The notes under the pieces were generated by a model that searched no databases, was not told the origin of the DNA, and saw only the letters and a list, made by a program, of their open reading frames with translations. DNA of 64,000 nucleotides from NCBI GenBank assembly GCA_965203325.1, contig OZ241875.1:3968001-4032000 (forward strand), written 5' to 3'. This document shows positions 29,181 to 39,767 of the stretch, one piece after another. Position 1 is the stretch's first letter; every line of letters starts with the position of its first letter. This stretch comes from a bacterium (lineage in GTDB: Bacteria > UBA8248). The translations under genes were made by a program, and so were the position numbers.

Positions 29181-30321
29181 TAGTGGCGGGCACGCAGACC
29201 ATTCCTTCCATCAGTCTTCGCGCCGTGCGGTAGACGATGACTTTCTCGGCCACGGGGCCTTCGGGTGTCTCTGCGACCACGGCGTTTATCGTCTGCACGC
29301 CGGAGGGATGCCCCAGGCGGATGTCGCACGCTGCGCCTCGGGCGGCCTCGTGCACGATGGTGCCGGGAATCCGGGCGGCGACGGCGAGGCACATCGCGCC
29401 CGTGAGGGCGAAGGCGCGGTGGGTCTTGCCCATCGAGACGATGCGGGCCGCGATGTCGCAATCATCCGCCGAGATGATCTCGCCTTTCAAGTCGATATAT
29501 TCCAGCGGGGGGGCGACGAGCACCACCTTGGGAACCGCCTGCACGCTTTCTGAAGCCTCCCGCCTGTCGCGCGCAAGCCCCATGCGCACCGCCGCTTCGG
29601 CGCGGATCTGCTCCAGATTCACCATCACCTCGACGCGGCTGTCGATGAGGCCGGGGCCTTCACCGCCCGATAGCCCCAGGTCCTTGGCGCGGACGAATAC
29701 CATCGGGTTGGTGGCGTCCACCATGCTCGCCTCGATGGCGCCGATGCCCTCGATCTCGAAGGTATCCACCGCGTCCCCGGAGGGCAGGAGCGATCCGGTG
29801 GCTGCGCCGCCCGGGTCCATGAATTCGAGCGTGATTCGCGCGCCTGAGCCCGAAACGCCGGGCAGCTCATAGGAGCCGCTCACGCCTGCGGCACCTTCTT
29901 CCACCGGAAAGCGCGCGTGATAGGTCTTGCCCGTGTTCGTGTTGAATATGCGCACGGTGGCGACGCCGTCCGCCGCCCGCACCAGACCCTCGTCCACGGC
30001 GAACGGCCCGACCGCGCTCGATATGTTCCCGCAGGTGCCGACGTAGTCCACGGTCTCATCCGTCACGCCCACCTGCGCGAAGGTGAAATCCACGTCCGCA
30101 TCGGCGCGTCCGGAGGGCGCTACCACCGCGATTTTGCTGAGTGAGGATACCCCGCCTCCCAGGCCGTCGAGCTGGCGTCCGTTCGGGTCGGGGCTGCCGA
30201 GCGCTTTCAGGAATATGGCGTCGCGCTCGGCCCGGTCTTCGGGCAGGTCTTTCGCGTGAAAGACGATGGCGCGGCTCGTGCCCCCGCGCATGAAGACGGC
30301 CGGATATTTCCTTTGGCCCAT
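29137..30321 (-). CDS. prpF: PrpF family (aconitate/methylitaconate) isomerase
   Basis: MRGGTSR, GSPDPNGRQLDGLGGG.SS.SK, GTCGNISSAVG and RTARRLMEG motifs. Confidence 0.92.
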   Translation of the reverse strand: MGQRKYPAVFMRGGTSRAIVFHAKDLPEDRAERDAIFLKALGSPDPNGRQLDGLGGGVSSLSKIAVVAPSGRADADVDFTFAQVGVTDETVDYVGTCGNISSAVGPFAVDEGLVRAADGVATVRIFNTNTGKTYHARFPVEEGAAGVSGSYELPGVSGSGARITLEFMDPGGAATGSLLPSGDAVDTFEIEGIGAIEASMVDATNPMVFVRAKDLGLSGGEGPGLIDSRVEVMVNLEQIRAEAAVRMGLARDRREASESVQAVPKVVLVAPPLEYIDLKGEIISADDCDIAARIVSMGKTHRAFALTGAMCLAVAARIPGTIVHEAARGAACDIRLGHPSGVQTINAVVAETPEGPVAEKVIVYRTARRLMEGMVCVPATSGKAAFARTPDLPL

Positions 30322-30322
30322 A

Positions 30323-32305
30323 TCAGGCGCCGTCCCGCGCCGGGGCGGGGTTCGTTGCGCCTGCGCCGCCCCCTTCGATGCGGGCCAGGGCCAGCGCGCC
30401 GCCCGCGGCGAGCATCCGGCGCTCGCGTTCGGTGAGCGTACACGTTGCGCTGAAGGCGTGCCCCGTATCCGTATTTTCGACCTGGAATGAACCCGTGACG
30501 ATAGAATCCTGGATGTTCGATATCGAGAGCTTCTGACCGGCGTCCACCTTTTCGTAATCGTTCTCATCATTGAACACGAGAGGCAGGATGCCCCAGTTGA
30601 TGAGGTTCGCCCGGTGGATTCTCGCAAAACTCTTGGCGATGACGGCGCGGACGCCGAGTATCATCGGGCAGATGGCCGCCTGCTCGCGGGCGGAGCCCTG
30701 CCCGTACGTCTTCGCCCCGACGATGACCCCGCCGCCCGCCTCGCGCGCGCGGGAGGCGAAGGTCTCATCCACGCGCCTGAAGGTGAAGTCCGCGAGTGCG
30801 GGCATGTTCGTGCGGTAGGTGATGGCTTCAACCCCCGCCGGGCTGATGTGGTCGGTCGAGACGTTGTCGCCGAGCTTGATCAGTACCTCTCCCGTGTAGG
30901 AATCGCCGATAAACTCTCCCACCTGTACGGGCTGGATGTTCGGCCCCCGGATGATCTCCACCTCCGCCGGGTCCTCCGCAGGCTCCACGATGCCCGTCTT
31001 GTCGCCCGCGAAGCGGTAGGGGAGCAGCACCTCGGGCGCCTTGCCCTCGTCCCTGGGGTCTCTTATCTCGCCGTGCAGTGCGGCCACGGCGGCGAGTTCG
31101 GGACTCGCGAGATACACGGCGTCCTCGCTCAGCCCCGAGCGGCCCTTGAAGTTCCGGTTGAACGCGCGCAGGGAGTTCATGCCGGGCGCGGGGATGTGGG
31201 CGTAGCCGGGGCAGGAGCCGCAGGTGGATTCCGAGACGCACACGCCCGCGGCCAGCAGGTCGGCCAGATGGCCCTCTCTCGCGAGTTCTTCGAAGGCCTG
31301 CCTGCTGCCCGGAAAGACGATGGCGTCGACGCCGTCGGCCACCTTGCGGCCCCTCAGCACCTGCGCGAAAGAGGCCACGTCGGTGAACGTGCCGTTCGTG
31401 CAGCTTCCGATGATGACCTGGTGGATCGGCGTGCCGACGGTTTCCGAGACCGGCACGACGTTCTCGGGGTTCGAGGGCAGGGCGACCAGGGGCTGGACGT
31501 CCCCGAGATTCAGTTCGATTCTCTCGTCATACGCCGCGCCCGATTCCGCCTCCTGCGGCTTCCAGTCGGCCGCGCGGCCGATGCGCTCGTAGAACGTCCT
31601 GGTCTGCGCGTCGCTCGGGAAGATGCTGCCCGTGAGGCCGAGTTCGGTGCCCATGCTCGCGACCGTGAAGCGCTCCGGCACCGTGAGGGCCCGCACGCCG
31701 GGGCCGGTATATTCGAAATACTTGCCGATTCCCCCGCGCGCGCCCAAGCGGCGCAGGAGTTCCAGGATCACGTCTTTCGCCGTCGCCCAGGCGCCGAGCT
31801 TCCCGGTGAGCCGCACCTCGACGATGGCCGGACGCGGGATGATGGTCGCGCCCGTCGCCATGGCGGTCGCCACGTCCATGCCGCCCGCGCCAATCGCGAG
31901 CATTCCCACGGCGCCGCCCTGGGGGGTGTGCGAGTCCGTGCCGAGGAGGCTCTCGCCCGGAACCGAGAATTCCTCTAAATGGACGTTGTGGCAGATGCCG
32001 TTTCCCGGTTTCGAGAAATGGATGCCGTGCTTGCGGCAGAAACCGAGCATGAAGCGGTGTGCGTCGGTGTGGAGGCTGTTGACCTGGATGGTCTGGTGGT
32101 CGCCGTACATGACGGCCGTTTTCTGCTTCACTTGGGCTAAGCCCATGGCCTCGAAGTGGAGCAGGGCGGTGGGGCCGGATGCGTCCTGCAGCAACACCTG
32201 GTCGATTCGTATCTCGACTTCTTCGCCCGGCGTTCTCGCGGCGCCCGAAACCAGGTGCGCGTCGATGAGCTTTTGCGTGAGGCTGCGCGAGCCCTGCTCA
32301 GCCAC
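30323..32305 (-). CDS. Aconitate hydratase (compact aconitase)
   Basis: GICH, GTDSHT, IGSCTNG, CGSCPG, NRNFKGR, STDHISP and GQGSARE motifs. Confidence 0.93.
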   Translation of the reverse strand: MAEQGSRSLTQKLIDAHLVSGAARTPGEEVEIRIDQVLLQDASGPTALLHFEAMGLAQVKQKTAVMYGDHQTIQVNSLHTDAHRFMLGFCRKHGIHFSKPGNGICHNVHLEEFSVPGESLLGTDSHTPQGGAVGMLAIGAGGMDVATAMATGATIIPRPAIVEVRLTGKLGAWATAKDVILELLRRLGARGGIGKYFEYTGPGVRALTVPERFTVASMGTELGLTGSIFPSDAQTRTFYERIGRAADWKPQEAESGAAYDERIELNLGDVQPLVALPSNPENVVPVSETVGTPIHQVIIGSCTNGTFTDVASFAQVLRGRKVADGVDAIVFPGSRQAFEELAREGHLADLLAAGVCVSESTCGSCPGYAHIPAPGMNSLRAFNRNFKGRSGLSEDAVYLASPELAAVAALHGEIRDPRDEGKAPEVLLPYRFAGDKTGIVEPAEDPAEVEIIRGPNIQPVQVGEFIGDSYTGEVLIKLGDNVSTDHISPAGVEAITYRTNMPALADFTFRRVDETFASRAREAGGGVIVGAKTYGQGSAREQAAICPMILGVRAVIAKSFARIHRANLINWGILPLVFNDENDYEKVDAGQKLSISNIQDSIVTGSFQVENTDTGHAFSATCTLTERERRMLAAGGALALARIEGGGAGATNPAPARDGA

Positions 32306-33434
32306 GGCTTCTCATGGTCCTGTAGGGCCGCTTTCCGGGGCCGGTGTAGCGCGCCCGGGGGCGGATGAGGCGGTTGTCGGCCTGTTGCTCCAGGATGTTG
32401 GCCGTCCAGCCCGCGACGCGCGACATGGCGATGATGGGAACGAACAGCTCCATGGGGATCCCCAGCCCCTGCCAGAGGGGTGCGGAGTAGAAATCCACGT
32501 TCGGGATGACGCCCTTTCGGCTCTGAACCGCGTGGTCGAGCGCGCGCGCCATGTCGAACCACTTGGCGTCGCGGCCGGGCTGGTGGCACACCTCCTCGGC
32601 CAACTCGATGAGCACGCTCGCGCGCGGGTCGCCGCTCTTCGTATAGACCCGGTGCCCGAAGCCCATGAACAGGCGTTTCTTCGCGAGCGCCGCCTCGACG
32701 AAGGGCTCCACGTTCTCGATATCGCCGATCTCCCTCAGGGTCTCCATCACCGCCAGGCCAGCGCCCCCGTGGAGCGGGCCTTTCAGGGCGCTGATGCCCG
32801 CCGTGACGGCGGAGTAGATGTCCGACATGGTGGAGGTGACGACGCGCGTCGCGAAAGTGGACGCATTGAACTCGTGCTCCGCATAGAGGACGAGGGTGGC
32901 GTCGAGCGCGCGCGCGTCGAGCTTGTCGGGCGTCTCGCCCGTGATCATGTAGAGGAAATTCGCCGCATGCCCGAGTCCTCTGCGGGGGTTGAGCGGCTTG
33001 AGGCCTGCCGCGAGGCGATGCTGGGCCGCGACGATGGTGGGCATTTTCGCGGTGAGCCGGAGCGCCTTTCTGCGGTTCGCCTCGGGCGAGTCGTCTTCGG
33101 CCTCTTCGTCGAACAGCCCCTGGATGCCGACACCGCCTCTCAGCGCCGCTGTTCTCTGCGAGCCTGTGGGTATCTGTCTCAAAGCGCGCAGCATCCCGGG
33201 CGAGAGCGCGCGCTCGGCCTTCATGGCCCCGTCGAATTCCTTCAAGCGCTCTCGGGTGGGGAGTTCGCCGTGCCAGAGCAGGTAGACGATCTCCTCGAAG
33301 GTGACCTTCTTGCGCACCATCTCGGGCACGTCGTAGCCGTAATACCCCAGAATCCCGTTCACGCCGTCCAGGGAGCATATCCGCGTGTCGGCCGCGATGA
33401 CGCCCTCAAGGCCTCTGATTGGGGAGTCTTCCAT
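32298..33434 (-). CDS. Citrate/2-methylcitrate synthase
   Basis: HEFNASTF, GPLHGGA, MGFGHRVY, DPR and PNVDFY motifs. Confidence 0.93.
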   Translation of the reverse strand: MEDSPIRGLEGVIAADTRICSLDGVNGILGYYGYDVPEMVRKKVTFEEIVYLLWHGELPTRERLKEFDGAMKAERALSPGMLRALRQIPTGSQRTAALRGGVGIQGLFDEEAEDDSPEANRRKALRLTAKMPTIVAAQHRLAAGLKPLNPRRGLGHAANFLYMITGETPDKLDARALDATLVLYAEHEFNASTFATRVVTSTMSDIYSAVTAGISALKGPLHGGAGLAVMETLREIGDIENVEPFVEAALAKKRLFMGFGHRVYTKSGDPRASVLIELAEEVCHQPGRDAKWFDMARALDHAVQSRKGVIPNVDFYSAPLWQGLGIPMELFVPIIAMSRVAGWTANILEQQADNRLIRPRARYTGPGKRPYRTMRSRG

Positions 33435-33458
33435 AATAAGTCTCCTCTGCAGAGCGTT

Positions 33459-34433
33459 TTACTCGTAGATTTCGGGATTGGCGAGCGAGGTGACTTTCTC
33501 GCCCTCTACCGCCCGCTTGATATTATCGCACAAAAGCTTGTAGCTCTCACGCTGGACGCTTTCGGTCTGGGCGGCGTTGTGGGGCGACATGACGACGTTG
33601 GGGAATTTGTGCAAGGGATGATCTGCAGGCAACGGGTCCGGCTCGACCACGTCGAGGCCCGCGCCCGCGATTTTGCCCTCCCGGACCGCGTCCGTAAGCG
33701 CCGCTGTATCCACGTGGGGGCCGCGCGATACGTTGACGAGAGAGGCCGTCTCCTTCATCAGGTCGAATTCTCTCGCGCCGATAATGCCCGTGTTCTCGGG
33801 CGTCAGGGGCAGGGTGAGGACAAGGAAATCGACGCGCGGGAGGAGTTCGTGGAGCGTCTCCACCTCTTCCACCTCGAAGCCCTCGGGCTGGAACTTCCCC
33901 CGCGTGCGCGTATAGGCGCAGATTTCCATCTCGAAGGCGGCGGCGCGCTTCGCCAGCGCCCCCCCGATGTTCCCCAGCCCCACGATCCCAAGCGTCGCGC
34001 CCTGAAGCTGGAAGTGGAGTTTTCGTTCTCCAATCGGCCAGAGCCAGGGCCTCCTGGCCATGATGAGGGTGAGCGTCATGGCGTGTTCCGCCACGGGAAT
34101 GCAGCGCATCCAGCCGGGCGCGTTGGCGACGGGGATGCCGAGTTCGGTGGCCGCCTGCGTGTCGATGTTGTCCACGCCGGTGCCCACCTTGCCGACCACC
34201 TTGATATCCGGCCCCGCCTCCATCATCTCCCGCGTGATGGGCGCGAAGCCGGTAGTGAGCGCGCACGCGCTCTCGGCCGCCTTGAGCAGACTCGCGTCGT
34301 CGAAGGATTCCGGCTCTACGAACTCATAGCCCTCGTGCAGGTATTCCACCATGAAGGCCTTGCGGGCGGGCTGCGTTTTCGTGCGCTCATCCACGCTCAA
34401 GACGCGGTGTGCCATTTGGATGATTTCCTCCAT
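33459..34433 (-). CDS. D-isomer-specific 2-hydroxyacid dehydrogenase
   Basis: GTGVDNID, GIVGLGNIG, NVSRG, GLDV and SPHNA motifs; start may instead be 34415. Confidence 0.9.
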   Translation of the reverse strand: MEEIIQMAHRVLSVDERTKTQPARKAFMVEYLHEGYEFVEPESFDDASLLKAAESACALTTGFAPITREMMEAGPDIKVVGKVGTGVDNIDTQAATELGIPVANAPGWMRCIPVAEHAMTLTLIMARRPWLWPIGERKLHFQLQGATLGIVGLGNIGGALAKRAAAFEMEICAYTRTRGKFQPEGFEVEEVETLHELLPRVDFLVLTLPLTPENTGIIGAREFDLMKETASLVNVSRGPHVDTAALTDAVREGKIAGAGLDVVEPDPLPADHPLHKFPNVVMSPHNAAQTESVQRESYKLLCDNIKRAVEGEKVTSLANPEIYE

Positions 34434-34454
34434 TGTGTCGGTGCATCATGGGAA

Positions 34455-34622
34455 TGTTGAAAAAGCTCCCTTGTCAGGGGATAAAGGCAACCCCCCCTAC
34501 CCCCCCTTGACAGGGGGGTAAAAAGCAATGCCCCCGACAAGGGGGGGTAGGGGGGGGTTGCTTTTCCAGTCGAGAGGGGTGTCCCCTCTACCCCCTGAAA
34601 AGGGGGCTTTTTCAACAACCCC
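34455..34622. repeat. MITE/REP-like element within the operon
   Basis: TGTTGAAAAAG...CTTTTTCAACA termini and the CCCCCCTACCCCCC palindrome. Confidence 0.8.
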
Positions 34623-34626
34623 GCCT

Positions 34627-35256
34627 TCATGATGGCTGGCCGAATTTCTCTTTCGCGTCCGCCATGCTCGATGTGCCGGGCCGCCAGGCGGGAGGCGGGT
34701 CGGCCTCGTCGCGCGAGAACCCATCGCGCTCGAGCCTGTCGCGGAACCACGCCTCGTTGATGCGATTGGTGTCCACGTCCATTCTGGCCAGGTCGCAGAA
34801 AATCTCGATCCCGTTTCCGCAGGGGTCGTGAAAGTAAAAGGCGCGGTTCTCGCCCAGGGTGCCGTCGCCCTCGGGGTGCGTGGGGCTGTGGACGAGGGGC
34901 CCCGCCGCGATCTTGATTCCCTTCGAGCGGATGTGCGCCGCCCAGGTTTCGAGTTCCTCTTTCGAGCCGACCTCGAAGGCCACGTGGTGGAGGCCGACCT
35001 CGGGTTTTCGCATGCCGCCCTCTTTGGGGGTCAGGCCGGCTTCTTTTGGATAGGCGATGAGGGATACCTCGTGATGGCCCTCGCCGCAGCGCATGAAGCA
35101 TATCCCCCACGGGCTGTGGGGGTTGTCGCCCGGCTCGTAGCGGTCCGAGACCCGGAGCCCCATGACGTCGCGGTAGAAGGCCACCGCCTCGTCCAAGTCG
35201 TGGACCTTGAGGCCCACGTGCTGGATGCGCCTGAGAGCGGGAGGAGCTTTGCTCAT
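34627..35256 (-). CDS. VOC family protein (catechol 2,3-dioxygenase-like)
   Basis: IQHVGLKV, HHEVSL, GLHHVAF and FYFHDPCGNGIE motifs. Confidence 0.88.
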   Translation of the reverse strand: MSKAPPALRRIQHVGLKVHDLDEAVAFYRDVMGLRVSDRYEPGDNPHSPWGICFMRCGEGHHEVSLIAYPKEAGLTPKEGGMRKPEVGLHHVAFEVGSKEELETWAAHIRSKGIKIAAGPLVHSPTHPEGDGTLGENRAFYFHDPCGNGIEIFCDLARMDVDTNRINEAWFRDRLERDGFSRDEADPPPAWRPGTSSMADAKEKFGQPS

Positions 35257-35284
35257 GGTGCCTCCTTCTCGGGAACTGTTTGAA

Positions 35285-37753
35285 TTAAGTGGGTACCGGG
35301 TCTTCGCCGCCGCGCGTGCGCTGTAAGACGAACACCGCTGCGATGGCGATGATGCCGGCGGCGTAGGAGAGATACCTCAAGTCTCCTTCCAGCGGGGTGA
35401 TGAAGGTCACGAAATTCCCCACGGGGAGGAGGAGGCATACCGAACTGATGAACATCAGGGCCCGCTCCACGCCGTTCGCATGGCGCGTCATGAAGTTCTC
35501 CATCCACCCGGCCCAGCCGACGATGCCGATGAGACACGCCCCGAAGGTAATCGCCACCTCTGTCGTCGTGCCGCTCAAGAGGAGCGGGGTGTAGACGAAC
35601 AGGAACGGCATGATGAACAGCCACGAGGCGAGCTTCAGCGCCTGGAAGCCGGTCTGCACCGGGTCGGACACGGCGATAGCGCTCGCCGCGTAGGCGGCCA
35701 GGGCGACCGGCGGGGTAACGGCGCTCACGACGGCCACCCAGAAGCAGATGAGGTGCGCGTGAACGGTCGGCACGCCCAGGTTGGTGAGCGCGATGACGCC
35801 GAAGATGACCAGCACCACGTAGCTCGCCGTGATGGGCAGGCCCATGCCGACGATGTAGCCCGCGATGATGACCCATATGATGGTGAGCGGCAGGAGGCCG
35901 AAGCTGAACTCGGTCAACAAAATGGAGATGCGGCCCGACAGGTCGCTTTGCGTCGCGCAGGAGAGCAGGATGCCCAGCACGCACGCGATGCAGCCGATGA
36001 CGAGCGTGTTCCGCGCGCCTGCTTCGAGCGAAATCCAGGTGACCTTGACGATATCCACCACGAGTTCCCACAGCCGCCTGAAGAGAATCGGCCCCGTCTC
36101 GTATTCGGACTCTCCGGTTTCCGCCCGCATCCCGGTCGCGACGATCTCGGCGAGTTTCAGTACGATGAACGCTGTCACCGTCCAGAACAGGGCGTCTCCC
36201 CAGTTCATCCCGCGCAGCGTGTCCGCGAACCAGGAGAACGGAGCGCCGATTTGCAGGCCGAAGAAATAGGAGAAGACGCCGAAGGCGATCGAGACGTACA
36301 GGAACGGGCGGGCCGTCTGGTCTGCTGTGGGTATATTGATGTTCGAGAGCAGTTCGCAGGTCTTCAGCATCACGATGAGGCAGATGGTCTTGAAGGCCGC
36401 CAGGAACGCGGAATCGCCGATGACGAGGAAATACACCATCACGGGGATGGGCAGCAGGAAGTGGAGGCGCGGGATGATCCTGCTCCAGGGGGGCAGCTCC
36501 GAGGGGTCGACGCCGTGGAGTCCGCGCCGCACGGCACGGATGTAGACCATGTAGCCCACCGAGAGATAGTAGAGAATGGCCGGGAGCGTCGCTATCTTGA
36601 CGATGTCGAAATACGAGGTTTCGGTGAGCTGAGCGACGAGAAAGGCCCCGCCCGCCATGATGGGCGGCATGTAGGCCCCTCCCGTAGAGGCGGCGGCCTC
36701 GACCGCGCCCGCGAATTCGGAGCGGTAGCCCACCCGCTTCATGAGGGGGATGGTGAACGTGCCCGTCGTCACCACGTTGGCCACGCCGCTGCCCGAGATC
36801 ATGCCGAACAGCCCGCTCGACATGACGGCCGTAAGGCCGGGGCCGCCTGTTTTCTGGCCCGTCACCCGGTAGGTGGCGTCGATGAGGAATTCGCCCAGCC
36901 CCGTTTTTTCCAGAAAAGCGCCCAGGACGACGAAGATGACGATGTAGGTGGCGAAGACCTCGACGATGAGGCCGGTGATGCCGTCGGCCTCGAGCATCAG
37001 GAACTCGGTCACGCGGTCGAGCCCGAAGCCGTCGTGGTAGAGAAGGCCCGGCGATATCTGCGCGATGGGCTTGAAACTGTAGATCAGGAAGAAGAAGCCG
37101 ATGAACGGGATGACGGGGCCGATGACGCGCCTGGCGATGTCGAAACTCACCGCCGTCAGGAGCAGCGTGTATATCACCACCGAGGTGGGCACCGGGCCGC
37201 CGATGCGCGTGGTGAGTTCGATGTTGTAGATGTTCCACCAGATGATGGGGGCGACGGCCGAAACGATGAACAGCCAGTCCGAGAGTGTGGGGTATTCCGA
37301 TACGCGCTCTGTGGTGGCTTCAAACCGGTAGAGGAACGCGCCGAACAGACCGCCGAGCAGGGCGACCAGGTAGGTTCCCCCGACCATGAACTCACTCCAG
37401 AGCACGTCGCCGAAGAAAGCGCCCCAATACGCCCACAGGGCCAGGGTGGCGCACATGACGACGATGGCGGAAAACGAGAAGATTTCATCGAGATAGGCGA
37501 ACCCCTCCCGGACCGGCCTTTGCCTGCCCTTGTAGACGAGGATGCACAAGCTGGCGGTCGCCAGGATGTAGACGCCCTTGAAGATTTCCGAACGCGGGGG
37601 GCCGAAGAATGAGATATGAACGAAGAAGTAGGAAAACGCGACGGAAATAATCGAGACGATGACGCGCGAATAACCCCGGAGGTCGCGTGGTAGGACCATC
37701 TCGTCCGATATGAGGCCGATCTTCATCAAAAAGGGCAGGAGATTTCGGTACAT
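35285..37753 (-). CDS. TRAP transporter fused 4TM/12TM permease
   Basis: SGSGVANVVTTG, EAAASTGG..MPPIM, GMGLP and TPPVALAAY motifs. Confidence 0.93.
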   Translation of the reverse strand: MYRNLLPFLMKIGLISDEMVLPRDLRGYSRVIVSIISVAFSYFFVHISFFGPPRSEIFKGVYILATASLCILVYKGRQRPVREGFAYLDEIFSFSAIVVMCATLALWAYWGAFFGDVLWSEFMVGGTYLVALLGGLFGAFLYRFEATTERVSEYPTLSDWLFIVSAVAPIIWWNIYNIELTTRIGGPVPTSVVIYTLLLTAVSFDIARRVIGPVIPFIGFFFLIYSFKPIAQISPGLLYHDGFGLDRVTEFLMLEADGITGLIVEVFATYIVIFVVLGAFLEKTGLGEFLIDATYRVTGQKTGGPGLTAVMSSGLFGMISGSGVANVVTTGTFTIPLMKRVGYRSEFAGAVEAAASTGGAYMPPIMAGGAFLVAQLTETSYFDIVKIATLPAILYYLSVGYMVYIRAVRRGLHGVDPSELPPWSRIIPRLHFLLPIPVMVYFLVIGDSAFLAAFKTICLIVMLKTCELLSNINIPTADQTARPFLYVSIAFGVFSYFFGLQIGAPFSWFADTLRGMNWGDALFWTVTAFIVLKLAEIVATGMRAETGESEYETGPILFRRLWELVVDIVKVTWISLEAGARNTLVIGCIACVLGILLSCATQSDLSGRISILLTEFSFGLLPLTIIWVIIAGYIVGMGLPITASYVVLVIFGVIALTNLGVPTVHAHLICFWVAVVSAVTPPVALAAYAASAIAVSDPVQTGFQALKLASWLFIMPFLFVYTPLLLSGTTTEVAITFGACLIGIVGWAGWMENFMTRHANGVERALMFISSVCLLLPVGNFVTFITPLEGDLRYLSYAAGIIAIAAVFVLQRTRGGEDPVPT

Positions 37754-37894
37754 GGCGTCCTTACCTCGGCCCGGGCGAGCGGGCCTTGAATGGCGAGAAA
37801 AGTCGTGAAGCGAAAGAATCCCGGGGAGAAGGAGGTTTTCCCGGTTTCTCCTCCTCCCCGGGCGCGATTTCTCGCCGGATTATCGTTGCGAGAA

Positions 37895-38887
37895 TCAGAA
37901 GCCTTTCACGACCTCGTCGGGCACCTTCACGCCGCGTTCTTTCCAGTAACGCGCGGCGGCGGGGTGCACCCAGATCTTGTGCACCTTGAGGGCGTTGAAG
38001 TTGCCGCTCAGGTCACGCCAGTAGCGCGCCGTCTTGGTCAACTGCTTGAGGTTCTCGGGCGAGGCGATGACCTTGAGCATGTTGTAAACGGCGTCGTTGG
38101 ACATCTGCTTGTGGGCGATCCACCAGACGTCGTAGGCGATGGAGCGCGCCGGCGCTTTCATTCCGATGACTTCTTTCTGAACGGGAATGGTGATCGGCAC
38201 GTAGAACTTGTGAGCGCTGGTCACATTCTTCTGCTCGGCCTCGCTCAGGCTGATGTAGCGCACCGGCTTCTGGATGGAGAGCCGGGTGAGGGCCGGGATG
38301 GTGAAGGGCGCGCCGGCGGAGCAGTACACGTCGATCTGGCGGTCGCCCAGGGCGCGGCCCGAGGCGGAGAAGCCCAGGTAGCGCGGCTGAATCTTGTCGA
38401 GGAGCCCGACGGCGGCGAAGATGTTCTTGCAGTTCACGTGGCTGCCCGTTCCCTGCTTGAGCAGGTTCACCCGCTTGCCGGCCATGTCCTTGTAGGACTT
38501 GATGGGGCTGTCCGCCAGCACGGCGATGATCTGCGACTGCGCGCGGACGTTGGCGACGATGCGGAAGTCCTTGTTGGCGCCGTCTTTCTTGAACAGACCA
38601 GTGCCCGTCCAGGACTGGTACACCTGGCCCACGTGTCCCCACGAGGTGGCGAACTCGCCGAGGCTCACGCGGCGGACGTTGGCCACCGAACCGGCCGAGG
38701 GGGAATACTGGAAGTAGAACTTCCGTCCGACCTTTCGGTTCAGAAGCTGGGTTCCCGCACTGATGGAGGGGTGCCACGCGCCGCCGGAGGGGCCTCCGCC
38801 GAAGCGATAGCGTTCGGCCGCATCGACCGCGCCGAAGGTGAACGCCACGGCTGCCGCCACTGTTGCCAAGAATGCGAATTTCTTCAT
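37895..38887 (-). CDS. TAXI family TRAP solute receptor
   Basis: Signal peptide, GGPSGG.W, SAGSVAN, GTGS and VHPAAARYWKE motifs; AAGGAG RBS. Confidence 0.92.
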   Translation of the reverse strand: MKKFAFLATVAAAVAFTFGAVDAAERYRFGGGPSGGAWHPSISAGTQLLNRKVGRKFYFQYSPSAGSVANVRRVSLGEFATSWGHVGQVYQSWTGTGLFKKDGANKDFRIVANVRAQSQIIAVLADSPIKSYKDMAGKRVNLLKQGTGSHVNCKNIFAAVGLLDKIQPRYLGFSASGRALGDRQIDVYCSAGAPFTIPALTRLSIQKPVRYISLSEAEQKNVTSAHKFYVPITIPVQKEVIGMKAPARSIAYDVWWIAHKQMSNDAVYNMLKVIASPENLKQLTKTARYWRDLSGNFNALKVHKIWVHPAAARYWKERGVKVPDEVVKGF

Positions 38888-39070
38888 TACAAACTCCTTT
38901 TGATGGTGAAAACGTGCACGAAATTTTGATGATGACGCTTCATCACCACATGAACGCCTGTGTCTTTTCAGAGTTCCCCGTGAACTCAAGTCCTCTATCT
39001 TCTCATGCTATCCGTCCCGCCGTCCGCTCGGACAGGGCGTGCGATTTTGCTTGCCTGATGAGAATGCCTC

Positions 39071-39098
39071 ATTATCTCCGCTGAAAACTCCGTGTCAA
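39071..39098 (-). promoter_or_regulatory. Putative sigma70 promoter of the TAXI operon
   Basis: Minus-strand TTGACA (39098-93), a 16 bp spacer, then GATAAT. Confidence 0.45.
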
Positions 39099-39193
39099 GA
39101 CCTGCGGCCGCCCGCGCGGCGGACGCGCAGGTCCGCTCCTGTGCAGATATCCCCCCCGCGCGGCTCACTCTCAAGGGGACAGTCTCCACATGC

Positions 39194-39615
39194 CTCACCC
39201 TGAGTAGCGGCGGAGCCGCGTATCGAAGGGCGCTCCCCTCGCCCATAAAGGCAACCCCCCCTACCCCCCCTTGTCAGGGGGGCAAGAAAAAGCAAAACCC
39301 TCTCAGCCCGGCGGGGGCGCATCGCCTTTTTATACCCCCTGACAAGGGTCTGTTGAAAAAGCCCGATTAACGAGGATTCGACGCGACCGTGGAGGGGGCG
39401 GTTTTTGTAGGGGACGCATAGTATGCGTCCCAGCTTTTTCGACGTCGGAACTCGGGCCGCATATATGCGGCCCCTACAATCCCTTTGGCAAGGCGGTATC
39501 CCATTGCCGGCATTGCAGGGTTTTTTAACAGCCCTGACAAGGGGGGTAGGGGGGGTTGCTCCTTTGATAAAGGTTTTTTCAACAGCCCCGAGAAAGGAGC
39601 GTTTGTATCGAAGGG
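39194..39615. repeat. Nested REP/MITE cluster
   Basis: Several of the palindrome families above are interleaved here. Confidence 0.8.
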
Positions 39616-39767
39616 CGCGCTTCTGGTCGCCTCGCCGGGGGGCGGTCCCGGAAGAAAGAGCATTTTCTCCCGATGTGTGATAAGGAATAGGGGATCGGAA
39701 CAATCCATTGTCCATTTTTTGAGATAACGACGAGGCGCACGGCGCCCCAATTCGATGGGAGAAGAAG

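Noticed and set aside
31623..34460. 945-aa plus-strand ORF and similar long antisense ORFs (23879-25675, 35480-37612, 52718-54553)
   Set aside because: They overlap well-supported genes on the opposite strand, which is expected in GC-rich DNA, and show no recognisable motifs.
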